Shown here: positions 41,113 through 50,511 of the stretch, one piece after another
How positions within the stretch are numbered: the first letter of the stretch is position 1
How the letters are laid out: the number at the start of each line of letters is the position of its first letter
DNA from: Candidatus Moraniibacteriota bacterium
Lineage (GTDB): Bacteria > Patescibacteriota > Minisyncoccia > Moranbacterales > GCA-2747515
DNA length: 64,000 bases
Assembly: GCA_046116545.1 (NCBI GenBank)
Contig: CP175956.1
Coordinates: 1,170,912-1,234,911 of the forward strand
Direction: 5' to 3'
Program-made: the position numbers and the translations under genes
The notes under the pieces: generated by a model
Databases searched by the model: none
What the model saw: the letters and a program-made list of their open reading frames with translations, nothing else
Told to the model about the DNA's origin: nothing

Positions 41113-42219
41113 CTATTTATTTATCATATGCTCATTAAACGCTTTTTCAACGTAGTCCTTTATTTTACCCTTGAAAATTTCTCTGTCAAATTTTTTAGCT
41201 TTATTTCTAATATAATTTGCATCAAAATCATACTCATCAAACTCCTTCATTACCGTATTCAAGGAACTTACCGATTGTGTATCAAAAAATAATCCTGTTT
41301 TTTCATCCTCTACATGCTCTACAATATCACCACCCTTATACGCAATAATTGGCCTTCCTGCAGACATTGCTTCTATGGCAACAATTCCAAAGTCTTCTTC
41401 TTGTGGAAATATAAATGCTTTTGCATTTTCATAATAATTAGCCAAATCATCATCTTCAACTCTCTCTAAAAATTCTATATTATCATTTGCTCTCTTTTTG
41501 AGCGCCTTCAATTCTGGTCCTCTTCCTATTATTTTAAGTGGCAAACCATTCTTATTAAAAGCATCTATTGCTATATCATGTTTTTTATATGCAATAAGTC
41601 TACCAACCATCAAAAAATAATCTTCAGATGCATTTTTATTTACATGAAAGTTATTAACATTAACAGGAGGATTAATTACAAAAGAATCCTTATCATAATA
41701 TTTCTTGATTCTTCGTGATACAAATTCTGAATTTGCTATATATTTATCAACTCTATCACTACTAACTCTATCCCAAATTCTGACTCCATTCATCATAAAT
41801 GGCACAGCCTTTTCCACAATCTTTGGCAATCCGAAATCTCTTGTGTACTTTTGACAATCATCCCAAGCATATCTCATAGGTGTATGTACATAAGAAATAT
41901 GAAGTGTTTCCGGTCTAGTTATTATACCCTTTGCAAAACTAGAAGAATCTGACAAAACAATATCAAATTTAGAAAAATCAAACTCTTCTATTGCCATAGG
42001 CATAAGAAGTGGAAATATTCTATGTCTCTTTTTTGAAAAAGGCATTTTTTGTAGAGATGACGTATGTATATTGCAATCAGAAAAAGTATCTCCCATAACA
42101 TCTTTGTCATAAATGAGAGTATAAATAGGTGCATCAGGAAACAATTCACAAAAACACTCCAAAACTTTTTCAGCACCACCATGCTGCACTAGATAATCAT
42201 GTACTAAAGCTATCTTCAT
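41113..42219 (-). CDS. Glycosyltransferase family 4 (mannosyltransferase-like)
   Basis: KIALVHDYL..GGAEKVL, HTPMRYAWD, EEDFGIVAIEAM. Confidence 0.95.
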   Translation of the reverse strand: MKIALVHDYLVQHGGAEKVLECFCELFPDAPIYTLIYDKDVMGDTFSDCNIHTSSLQKMPFSKKRHRIFPLLMPMAIEEFDFSKFDIVLSDSSSFAKGIITRPETLHISYVHTPMRYAWDDCQKYTRDFGLPKIVEKAVPFMMNGVRIWDRVSSDRVDKYIANSEFVSRRIKKYYDKDSFVINPPVNVNNFHVNKNASEDYFLMVGRLIAYKKHDIAIDAFNKNGLPLKIIGRGPELKALKKRANDNIEFLERVEDDDLANYYENAKAFIFPQEEDFGIVAIEAMSAGRPIIAYKGGDIVEHVEDEKTGLFFDTQSVSSLNTVMKEFDEYDFDANYIRNKAKKFDREIFKGKIKDYVEKAFNEHMINK

Positions 42220-42557
42220 TATTTAAGTATTGCGTCAGCAATCCAACCAACAACTGTAACAATTATAAGTCCCCATACTGCTGGCATAAATCCATCTATT
42301 GTCATACCTGGCACAAAAGTTATCAACCAAAAAACTAAAATATTTATCAAAAGCCCAAAAAGACCTAATGTCAAAAAAGTAATAGGCAGTGCAAATAATT
42401 TCAAAAGAGGTCTAACTGTAACACTCAAAACTCCAAATATAAATGCAGCCAATATTGCTGTCGGCCAAAAACTATCTACAGTGATCCCATCCACAAAGTG
42501 TTGTGCAAGCAATAATGATCCCGCTACAACCAAAAGTTTGATTATATATTTTATCAT
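42219..42557 (-). CDS. YvlD / 4-TMS phage-holin-family membrane protein
   Basis: VRPLLKLFALPITFLTLGLFGLLIN..VPGMTIDGF. Confidence 0.85.
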   Translation of the reverse strand: MIKYIIKLLVVAGSLLLAQHFVDGITVDSFWPTAILAAFIFGVLSVTVRPLLKLFALPITFLTLGLFGLLINILVFWLITFVPGMTIDGFMPAVWGLIIVTVVGWIADAILK

Positions 42558-42687
42558 AATATGATAATAACAAATTACATTGTCATTATAGCATTAATTC
42601 TGTCATAAGAACAAAAACAATAAAAATGACCGCATTAAATCCAAATTTAAATAGGTAATTAATTATTTATTGTTTCAAGTTTGTTGT

Positions 42688-45255
42688 CTACTGATAAAAC
42701 CCACTAGCATCAGAGGTAGCAGTATAAGTAACAGAACCAGTATATATTCCTGAAGGTTGTGATGGTGATACATCAACTTTGTAACATACATCAGTTGTTG
42801 ATGAAGTTGAATTATATGCTGTGTGTGCTGCTACTGCTTGAGCTGTTTGTGGTACACCTGCGTATTGGGCATCATCTGATGTTGTTCCTTCTTCGCATAG
42901 GTTTCCTGAGGTTGTCCATACGTTATTAAACGTATTATTTGTTGTATCTGCTTGTGGAAATTGTATTACACTGAATCCTAGACCTTTTGTTGTTGGAGCG
43001 TTCCATGATTCTGTTACTTTTGTTGTTTCATTGAATTGTGTTAGGTCTGGTATTTCATCTGTATTATTTGAATGTACTAGAGTTGTATTTGAAGCTCCAT
43101 TATCATTTATCATTGACAGGTAGTAACCTTGGGTATCATTTGTTGTTACTATACAAGTTGATTGTCCTACTGCTGGAGTTCCTGCTATTACTATTCCTGG
43201 ATTTGCTATTGTTCCTAGTATTACATCGTAATCTCCTGTTACACCATCTTTATCGTAACAATCCATTGATAGGGTTGCATTTACTTCTACATTTAGGTTT
43301 AGGTCATCTATTCCTGATATTGTTCCATCTCCGTTTACAATATAAGTTGTTGCATGGTTTGTTGTGAATGTACATATTCCGTTTGTTACTGTACATGTTG
43401 TATGTAGGACTTCAGTTCCTTGTGCTGCTCCTTCCTCTCTCGAAAGTACATCCAATATCATTCCATTGTAAGCTTCGCTTACAGTTATTTCCATTGTTAT
43501 ATCATTAGTAAAGTCTAATGATATTCCTGGTACACCTATTCTTACTGCTCCTACTGCATTTGGTAGATTTACTTGTTCACTTGTTAATGTATTTTCTGTT
43601 ATGAAGTTTTCAAAGTTAAAGTTTCCATTTAAACTTTCGGTTATTACTGTATTATTTGGAAATATTGCATTTGTTGTATTTGATTGGAATGTTACTTGTA
43701 CTTGGGTTGTTGTTTGGGTTGTGTTATCTATTGTTCCGTTGTCTACTGTTATATATCCATTATCTACTGATTGTTGCATTTCTGAATTATTTGGGTCTGT
43801 GATTATCACTTCTTCTACTACATCATCTACTGATATTATTATTTGTTTTTCGAATTGTTCTTGTAATGATTTGTATATATTTGAATTTATATTCTTTGTT
43901 GCATCGTTATAAAAATTTGTAACAACTAGATAATTTTCCATTCCTATCATAAAGTATTCCCAACTTGTTGCACCACTTGTTGCGATTGATTGAAATTCTA
44001 CAAAAGTTGAACCGTTCCATTTGTAGATTTTTGAGTTTATATTATATGTTGAACCATTATAATTATTTGCAACAACTAAATAATGTTCTGTGTCTATTGT
44101 AAAGTATTCCCAGTCTGATGCACCATTTGTCGCAATAGACTGAAACTCCACAAAAGATGTTCCATTCCATTTGTAGATTTTTGAGTTTATATTTGTTGAG
44201 CCATTGGAATAATTTGCGACTACCAGATAATCATCTACACCTATTGTGAAATGCTTCCAACCCGATGCACCGCTTGTTGCGATTGATTGAAAATCTACAA
44301 AAGATGTTCCATTCCATTTGTAGATTTTTGAGTTTATATTATATGAACCACTATATGAATTTGCAAGTGCCAAATAGTTATCTGTACCAATTGTAAAGTA
44401 TTCCCAACTATTTGCGCCAGTCGTTGCAATTGATTGAAATTCTACAAAAGATGTTCCATTCCATTTGTAGATTTTTGAGTTTATATTTCTCGATGAACCA
44501 TTATAATAATTTGTAACAGCTAGATAATCATCTATACCTATTCTGAAATGTTCCCAATTTCTTGCACCATTTGTTGCAATTGATTGAAGCACTCCAAAAG
44601 ATGTGCCGTTCCATTTGTAGATTTTTGAGCTTATGTTATATGTTGAACCATTATAATAATTTGTAACAGCCAAATAATCATCGGTACCTATCGTAAAGTG
44701 TTCCCAGTCTGATGCACCGCTTGTTGCGATTGATTGAAAATCTACAAAAGATGTTCCATTCCATTTGTAGATTTTTGAGTTTATATTATATGTTGAGTTA
44801 TTATGATAATTTGCAACAACCAGATAATCATCTGTGCCTATTGTGAAATATTCCAAGTCTTGTGCTCCATTCGTTAAAATGCCTTGTTCCAATACAAAAT
44901 CAGAATATGAATCAGTTGTTTTCACTCTTGTTGAATAGTTATTATCGCCAGGAGTACCTCCTAGGTCTTCTGGATTTTCATAATCTGGTGTAAAGTTTAG
45001 ATTTAGATTATCTCCATCTATTGTGAATTTGGAATTATCTTCGTCTCCTATTCCATTTATTAATTCATATGTGTATGGAGAATTTCCTCCTGTTGTAGTT
45101 AAAGTTCCTGAAGTTGTTCCACTTGGTGTATTTTCATCTATACTATCTGAACTTCCTCCATCTATTTGTATATCTGTTATTGCTGCTTGTGTTGTCTGTG
45201 TTAAAAAAAGTATAACAATCAATGTTATTGGGAATAGTAATATATATTTTTTCAT
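42688..45255 (-). CDS. Secreted protein: cadherin-like domain containing a 7-repeat EPTP/EAR beta-propeller, plus C-terminal beta-sandwich domains
   Basis: IDENTPSGT..DNSKFTIDG..PDYENP cadherin motif; seven QSIATxGAxxWExFTIGxDxYLxVxN..NSKIYKWNG repeats of 49-50 aa. Confidence 0.8.
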   Translation of the reverse strand: MKKYILLFPITLIVILFLTQTTQAAITDIQIDGGSSDSIDENTPSGTTSGTLTTTGGNSPYTYELINGIGDEDNSKFTIDGDNLNLNFTPDYENPEDLGGTPGDNNYSTRVKTTDSYSDFVLEQGILTNGAQDLEYFTIGTDDYLVVANYHNNSTYNINSKIYKWNGTSFVDFQSIATSGASDWEHFTIGTDDYLAVTNYYNGSTYNISSKIYKWNGTSFGVLQSIATNGARNWEHFRIGIDDYLAVTNYYNGSSRNINSKIYKWNGTSFVEFQSIATTGANSWEYFTIGTDNYLALANSYSGSYNINSKIYKWNGTSFVDFQSIATSGASGWKHFTIGVDDYLVVANYSNGSTNINSKIYKWNGTSFVEFQSIATNGASDWEYFTIDTEHYLVVANNYNGSTYNINSKIYKWNGSTFVEFQSIATSGATSWEYFMIGMENYLVVTNFYNDATKNINSNIYKSLQEQFEKQIIISVDDVVEEVIITDPNNSEMQQSVDNGYITVDNGTIDNTTQTTTQVQVTFQSNTTNAIFPNNTVITESLNGNFNFENFITENTLTSEQVNLPNAVGAVRIGVPGISLDFTNDITMEITVSEAYNGMILDVLSREEGAAQGTEVLHTTCTVTNGICTFTTNHATTYIVNGDGTISGIDDLNLNVEVNATLSMDCYDKDGVTGDYDVILGTIANPGIVIAGTPAVGQSTCIVTTNDTQGYYLSMINDNGASNTTLVHSNNTDEIPDLTQFNETTKVTESWNAPTTKGLGFSVIQFPQADTTNNTFNNVWTTSGNLCEEGTTSDDAQYAGVPQTAQAVAAHTAYNSTSSTTDVCYKVDVSPSQPSGIYTGSVTYTATSDASGFYQ

Positions 45256-45340
45256 ATTTATTTTTATTTTATATCATCATGTATTAGGACATGCTGTCAT
45301 TTAGTATATCATCAATTATCATTTTCACAAAAAATAAGTA

Positions 45341-46762
45341 CTAGTTTTTTCTTACACGTAAAACTGCCCAAGGTGTTTTGAGTAATATTTTAGCATCAAG
45401 CAATAATGACCAATTTTCTATATAATAAACATCTAGACGATATTCATCTTCGAAATCTAAATCACTCCGCCCTGAAATCTGTGCCATACCTGTTATACCT
45501 GGTTTTATAGTTAACAATCTCCTATGGTATTCCCGATATTTGTCTACTTCTCTTTGTTGATGTGGTCTCGGACCAACTAAGCTCATATCCCCTTTCCAGA
45601 CATTGAAAAACTGTGGGAATTCATCTATAGAAAATCTTTCCAAAAATTTACCAATCCAAGACTTACGAGGGTCATTTTCTATTTTATAAATCGGACCAAC
45701 TCTAACTGACTGATTTTTAATTAATTCTTTTTCATATTTTACAGCTTCTTTGTAATTTGGGTTTTTCTCAGTTGTACACCATTTCCATTTAAAATATCTA
45801 AATTTATACACATAAAACTCTTTTCCATTTGATCCAATTCGTGCATTTTTAAATACTATCGGAGCATGTATATCTTCAAGCTTTACTAAAATTGCGGCTA
45901 CTATAAGTATGGGGCTTGTAAGTATAATCAAAATACTAGAAATTATTACATCTACAATTCTTTTGAGAATTTTTCCCCATCCATCCAACGGTGTATGCAT
46001 AACCTCTATAATTGGCTCACCCTCAAATATCATCATTTCAAATTTAGTTGTTTGAAGTGAAGCTGGTATAAATTTATAGGTTATATTGTTTATTGCACAG
46101 TAATCATGTAATTTCATTAGCAAATCATCTGGCATGGCTGATTCATGTACAATTACCTCATCAATACCATCCCTTTCTTGAATTTTTTTAATCTGACGAA
46201 TATTAATGTAATCAACATGATCCACTATTTTATAGCCTAACCGCTTCTGCGTTCGTATAACCTGACACAAATATTTAATTTTATCATTTGAGCCAATCAG
46301 CAAAACACGATGAACGCCAATTTCATTTCTCACTAAAAGAAATTTTTGAAAAGCATGCATCATCACCCTGCCAATTGATACTCCAGCTATCGCCATGAAC
46401 CATGCAGCTACAATTATAAATCGTGAAGAAAACCATTCTCGTTGCAAAAAGAAACCAATCATAACTAAAACAAGTACAATCGTCATGCCTTTTGTAACAT
46501 AATAAGTTTCTTTCCAAAATTTCCTAGTGGACCTGATATTATAAAGTCCTTCAAATGCAAAAATTATAATTGCAACAACTGCTATAAGAATTGTAAAGTT
46601 TAAATATTGATCAAAAGACACATTATAGATTCCTTCTTTATTTATAATTGATTGGACTTCTGCAGTATGTCTTAACTTATAAGCAAATAAAGATGCTCCG
46701 ATTATCAATATAAAATCAACAAAAACTTGTATAAAACTAAAAAATAACTCTGATTTTTTCAT
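45341..46762 (-). CDS. Priming polyprenyl glycosylphosphotransferase (WcaJ/WbaP-like sugar transferase)
   Basis: KRIVD, YKFR, DPR, SIDEFPQFFNVWKGDMSLVGPRP, KPGITGMAQISGR, LDVYYIENWS. Confidence 0.93.
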   Translation of the reverse strand: MKKSELFFSFIQVFVDFILIIGASLFAYKLRHTAEVQSIINKEGIYNVSFDQYLNFTILIAVVAIIIFAFEGLYNIRSTRKFWKETYYVTKGMTIVLVLVMIGFFLQREWFSSRFIIVAAWFMAIAGVSIGRVMMHAFQKFLLVRNEIGVHRVLLIGSNDKIKYLCQVIRTQKRLGYKIVDHVDYINIRQIKKIQERDGIDEVIVHESAMPDDLLMKLHDYCAINNITYKFIPASLQTTKFEMMIFEGEPIIEVMHTPLDGWGKILKRIVDVIISSILIILTSPILIVAAILVKLEDIHAPIVFKNARIGSNGKEFYVYKFRYFKWKWCTTEKNPNYKEAVKYEKELIKNQSVRVGPIYKIENDPRKSWIGKFLERFSIDEFPQFFNVWKGDMSLVGPRPHQQREVDKYREYHRRLLTIKPGITGMAQISGRSDLDFEDEYRLDVYYIENWSLLLDAKILLKTPWAVLRVRKN

Positions 46763-46792
46763 AAAAAAATATAATAATAACTTTCATGTATA

Positions 46793-47150
46793 TTATTGGA
46801 AGACAGTTAATAAGCCGGATTCTGTCAAAAAATAAATTTTGGATGACAATCTATCTTGTTTATATGTTGCCATATAAATCCTTGCGACTCTTTCCAATTA
46901 CTTGGAATACGGTCTTGCACTTCAGTAAGGATTTAGCCGTTTCACTCTCTGTGTTACCACAAAGCATTATCCAAATAAATTTGGATAGTTTTTTACTTGC
47001 GCAAAAAACCGTCACTGCTCGCACCTCGTAGATTACTCTAGACGGGTATTACCCGCTACCGTTTTTTTGGTCATAAAGACCAAACTAGTGTCCGGACTTT
47101 CCTCTCCGAAATAAATTTCAAGAGCTGTCATCAAACGGTCTCCCAATAAT
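46793..47150 (-). ncRNA. rnpB: RNase P RNA (bacterial, A-type)
   Basis: The minus strand carries GAGGAAAGTCCGG (47092-47104) and ACAGAATCCGGCTTA (46811-46825), the P4 signatures, plus AAGTGCAAG. The ends pair (TTGGGAGACCGTT / AACTGTCTTCCAA) as P1. Confidence 0.95.
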
Positions 47151-47248
47151 ATAAATGAACTTCAATATTCTTATTATACACCAAAAACTTCCAAATAAAA
47201 AACCTACACAAATCGCATAGGTTTTCTATTTATAAAGTACCTTGAAAC

Positions 47249-47803
47249 TTATTTTCTCAAAGCTGTTTTTTTGCTTTGTCTTTTGTAAACAAACATTGCT
47301 CCACCAGCAGCCATCGCAATTGCTATAATAGCAATCATTGTGCTTGGACCAGTTACAGGAGAACTTTGTCCTACTGCAACATAACTAGTTGCTGGACAAT
47401 GATATCCAAAGTCTGCATGAGTATAATAGTCATCACCACCTACCCATTTGTCTTCATACTTACCATCTTTATTCCAATCACGGTCATATGTATTGTAACA
47501 ACCTTCTGGAAGAGTTTCTTGTGCAACTACAATGTCGTAGCTACCATCATCAAGATCCTTAAACTTATAACGACCTTGAGAGTTTGTCTTATCTGTCTCA
47601 ACATCATTTCCATTGTAAAGTTTTATCTTTACCCCAGAAATACCTTCTTCTCCAGCGTCTTGAACGCCATTTGCATTGCGGTCATTCCATACAGTATTAC
47701 CAATTGACGCAGCGCTAACATTAGCAGCAACACCCATAATAGTAATAGCACATAGTGCCACAATTGCCATTTGCATTTTCTTCATAAAATATGCTTTTAA
47801 CAA
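47249..47803 (-). CDS. SdrD-B-like domain surface protein with C-terminal sorting signal
   Basis: SIGNTVWNDRNANGVQDAGEEGISGVKIKLY..TNSQGRYKFKDL..DFGY; ends SPVTG-TM-KRQSKK. Confidence 0.85.
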   Translation of the reverse strand: MLKAYFMKKMQMAIVALCAITIMGVAANVSAASIGNTVWNDRNANGVQDAGEEGISGVKIKLYNGNDVETDKTNSQGRYKFKDLDDGSYDIVVAQETLPEGCYNTYDRDWNKDGKYEDKWVGGDDYYTHADFGYHCPATSYVAVGQSSPVTGPSTMIAIIAIAMAAGGAMFVYKRQSKKTALRK

Positions 47804-47863
47804 TTAAATGTCTCCACCGCACACGATTTTTGCAACAAACCACGTACGCTTGGATAACGTATA

Positions 47864-47892
47864 AATATAGCATTTTTTACTAATTTTGTCAA
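47864..47892 (-). promoter_or_regulatory. sigma70 promoter of the SdrD-like gene
   Basis: TTGACA-17 nt-TATATT with TG extension. Confidence 0.7.
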
Positions 47893-47898
47893 TGAAAA

Positions 47899-47930
47899 AG
47901 CCACAATAATAATTTTATATTATTGTGGCT
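47899..47930 (-). terminator. 32-bp palindrome / terminator
   Basis: AGCCACAATAATA-6 nt-TATTATTGTGGCT, with a T tract on the minus strand. Confidence 0.8.
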
Positions 47931-47942
47931 ACTTACCACTGC

Positions 47943-48701
47943 TTATTCACCTATTTTGAGTGTAATATTGGAAATAGACTTTATTTCACTACCCTTTATT
48001 GAAGCAACTAACGGACCTTGTCCATATAGCCAGGTACCCTCTTCAATTTTCTCATTTTTGCTTACATATGGCTTTTCTTCCATGAAAATTTCCCGTACGA
48101 CATCGGCATTTTGAAATAATTCATCTATCCCAAAATCGATTGCTGACATTGAATATCTGTCATTTGACTGCGCCATGTAATCTCCTGGGGCATGCATACT
48201 AAGACAAATTGATTCAGTTGCAATTACACTCATCGTATCACCATCTTGTGAATCATCGCTGTATTCCCATACAGCAGCTTCTAATTGATAAAACTTATCA
48301 TTCAGTTCTACAATATTATTTGCGAGATAGGTTATCCGATCATTAAAAATATCTTCATTTTCTTTACTAAAATATCTTCCAAGCTCCTTTGAAACTGCAA
48401 TTTGCATAGCTCTCGACATATGTCCTGCATAATCAATATTTGCAAGTTTGTCACTTAAGTCTGCTATTATTTCTTGCCTTACTGCACGTTCACTTTTTGT
48501 AACTAACAATTCTTGTTTTGCAACTAACAGTTCTTTTTGCAACATTTCAATTTGAATAGATTGTTCCAAAACAACATCCGTCTGCATATTATCTACAAAA
48601 TATGCAGACAATGGAAAAAATGTTTCAAACAAAAATGAAACTGGTGTAACCATGGCAATAAACTTTATTGACCAAAACACTAACTCAGTGATGACGCTCA
48701 T
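47943..48701 (-). CDS. Hypothetical protein with coiled coil (ORFan cassette)
   Basis: 252-aa ORF; SD AAGGAGG; promoter TTGATT-17-TAGTAT at 48756-48784. Confidence 0.75.
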   Translation of the reverse strand: MSVITELVFWSIKFIAMVTPVSFLFETFFPLSAYFVDNMQTDVVLEQSIQIEMLQKELLVAKQELLVTKSERAVRQEIIADLSDKLANIDYAGHMSRAMQIAVSKELGRYFSKENEDIFNDRITYLANNIVELNDKFYQLEAAVWEYSDDSQDGDTMSVIATESICLSMHAPGDYMAQSNDRYSMSAIDFGIDELFQNADVVREIFMEEKPYVSKNEKIEEGTWLYGQGPLVASIKGSEIKSISNITLKIGE

Positions 48702-48828
48702 GACTTCCTCCTTTTATTTTTAAAAAACAACATACATCCATCAAACTGAAAAATTATACTAACATGACTCAATAAAAAAATCAATAGAAAAAGCAGTAAC
48801 TATTTACCTTTATCTAATGAAAATAACC

Positions 48829-48961
48829 TGTCATTCCGGAAATGTTTATTTCTTCACGAACGATTAGTGAGTGATTGGAAATAACATTATCCGGAATCTC
48901 TAGAACACATCAAGAAAAATTCGTGTATTACAATAAGATTCCTGCCTGCGCAGGAATGACA
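48829..48961. repeat. 133-bp MITE/RPE-like element with TGTCATTCC...GGAATGACA terminal inverted repeats
   Basis: Terminal inverted repeats plus internal hairpins ttccgga..tccggaa and attcctgc..gcaggaat; relatives at 9226, 53172, 63127 and 10127. Confidence 0.8.
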
Positions 48962-49074
48962 TTAGAAAAATCTGAATAATTACAAAAAGCACCCTCCATA
49001 AATATAAGCTACTGCATGCTTGTAACTTGTAAAAGGCATAATCCTTACTAACAATATTATTCAACTCTAAAATA

Positions 49075-49108
49075 AAAACTGTTTGCAAAATTCTTTGCAA
49101 ACAGTTTT
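49075..49108 (-). terminator. 34-bp palindrome / terminator
   Basis: AAAACTGTTTGCAAA-ATTC-TTTGCAAACAGTTTT. Confidence 0.8.
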
Positions 49109-49129
49109 ATATTGTTCTTGAAAAAATAT

Positions 49130-49600
49130 TCAAAGACTAAATATACCTTTAACTATATCAGTAACGATTTTCTCTGGTTTTTGATATATCGCTAAATATA
49201 CCAGTACCAGACTTTCTCGCTCAATAGCTATTGAGTGTGTAGTATTCTGTGACTTATTTATGATATTCATCTTGAACCATTCTTTGCCTTTCTCATGAAA
49301 TACAGATAAGTTTGTAGTATACCACCTCTGTGTATTCATGGTGATGTCCATATCTTTATATTCAAACTTACCACCTTTAACAAATGCCATCCAAGAGCCA
49401 CGTATGTCTTCTCGATTGATAACATATGATTGTGTATTCGTTCCATCAGTCACAACCATATCAATGAACTCTGTCGATTCCCCACCTTTTTCTTTGAAGG
49501 AATTTATTACCCTTTGAGCTGTCCATTCTTTCCCATTAATTCTTATGCGCAAATGTTGCGCAATATCTTCTGGAGAAAGCTTACTATTTCCATTACTCAT
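49130..49600 (-). CDS. Hypothetical soluble protein (start moved to the ATG at 49600)
   Basis: TAAGGAGGT SD 7 nt upstream of ATG 49600 (MSNGNSKL). Confidence 0.75.
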   Translation of the reverse strand: MSNGNSKLSPEDIAQHLRIRINGKEWTAQRVINSFKEKGGESTEFIDMVVTDGTNTQSYVINREDIRGSWMAFVKGGKFEYKDMDITMNTQRWYTTNLSVFHEKGKEWFKMNIINKSQNTTHSIAIERESLVLVYLAIYQKPEKIVTDIVKGIFSL

Positions 49601-49673
49601 ACAATTTACCTCCTTATAAAAAGGAAAGGGCACACCGGTCATTAACCAACATGCCCCTTATAACACAATAATC

Positions 49674-50333
49674 TTATTTGTCAGGATCTGACATTGAATC
49701 CGAATCTGTTAAGTCCTCATCCTTAGATTCAACAGAAGAGACTTCATTAATCGGCTCAGACTGTTCACGTTTCGGCTCATCGACAACATCAGAGCTATCG
49801 TCATCTTCTGACTCCAACACTTCCTCATCAGCTTCTTGAAGACCATCGTCTTCTTTCTCATGATCAGACTTATCAGCAGAATGCCCCACACTAACACCAG
49901 CAGCAACCGCTGCTACTTCCGGAGATACCGAGCCTGACTTCTCCTTTTCAACTTCTGTAGAAGCATCATCTTTTTTCTTATGGTCAGACTTATCATTAGC
50001 ATGAGCAGCAGCAATACCTCCCTCAGGTTTTACTCTTGACTTAGGATTGCTTTTCTTCGCCAACTGCATTTTTTTCACAACGAAATAGAAAACTCCAAAC
50101 ATAATACCAAGCACTATGGCATCGCCATACCAAGCAGCGGGAAGACATAAGATGGCCCCCGCAGCCATAATTGGCCAACCAAAAAACATTACCTTAATAT
50201 CACTTAAGTAATCTGGGCCAACTTTGTCATTCAAAAATTTTTGTCCCCTTGGATGCCTTTTTGCAACCTCAGCAATAATACCTATGATTATACAAACAAT
50301 ACCCACTAAATTCTCTTGCCAAAATAAAGTCAT
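49674..50333 (-). CDS. Hypothetical 3-TM membrane protein with acidic disordered tail
   Basis: Hydrophobic N-terminus; duplicated H..DKSDH.K.DD; D/E/S-rich C-terminus; SD GAGGT; promoter TTGATT-17-TAGATT at 50399-50427. Confidence 0.75.
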   Translation of the reverse strand: MTLFWQENLVGIVCIIIGIIAEVAKRHPRGQKFLNDKVGPDYLSDIKVMFFGWPIMAAGAILCLPAAWYGDAIVLGIMFGVFYFVVKKMQLAKKSNPKSRVKPEGGIAAAHANDKSDHKKKDDASTEVEKEKSGSVSPEVAAVAAGVSVGHSADKSDHEKEDDGLQEADEEVLESEDDDSSDVVDEPKREQSEPINEVSSVESKDEDLTDSDSMSDPDK

Positions 50334-50456
50334 ACCTTCTACCTCTTCGCTAAATTTATGTTAAACAACTTTACTATACCCGCAATTACGGACTTTTAAA
50401 TCTATCACAAAATCAAAATTAAATCAAGCATTCGCGTACTTGATTTTAAAAATAAA

Positions 50457-50489
50457 AATTGCTTCGTAGAATTTATCTACGAAGCAATT
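50457..50489 (-). terminator. 33-bp palindrome / terminator
   Basis: AATTGCTTCGTAGA-ATTTA-TCTACGAAGCAATT. Confidence 0.8.
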
Positions 50490-50511
50490 ATACTTCCCTA
50501 CAGACTTACGA

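Noticed and set aside
42219-42557. Holin as evidence of a phage
   Set aside because: YvlD-type 4-TMS proteins are common chromosomal genes, and this one is coupled to a glycosyltransferase operon
43868-44886. Roughly 150-bp periodic repeat (ccatttgtagatttttgag) that could be mistaken for a CRISPR array
   Set aside because: The period is 147-150 nt, it stays in frame, the intervening sequences are homologous and encode EPTP repeats, and there are no cas genes
46786-47031. 81-aa plus-strand ORF
   Set aside because: Antisense to the RNase P RNA; no coding features
48900-49100. 66-aa minus-strand ORF
   Set aside because: Runs through a terminator and the TGTCATTCC repeat; no SD or start context
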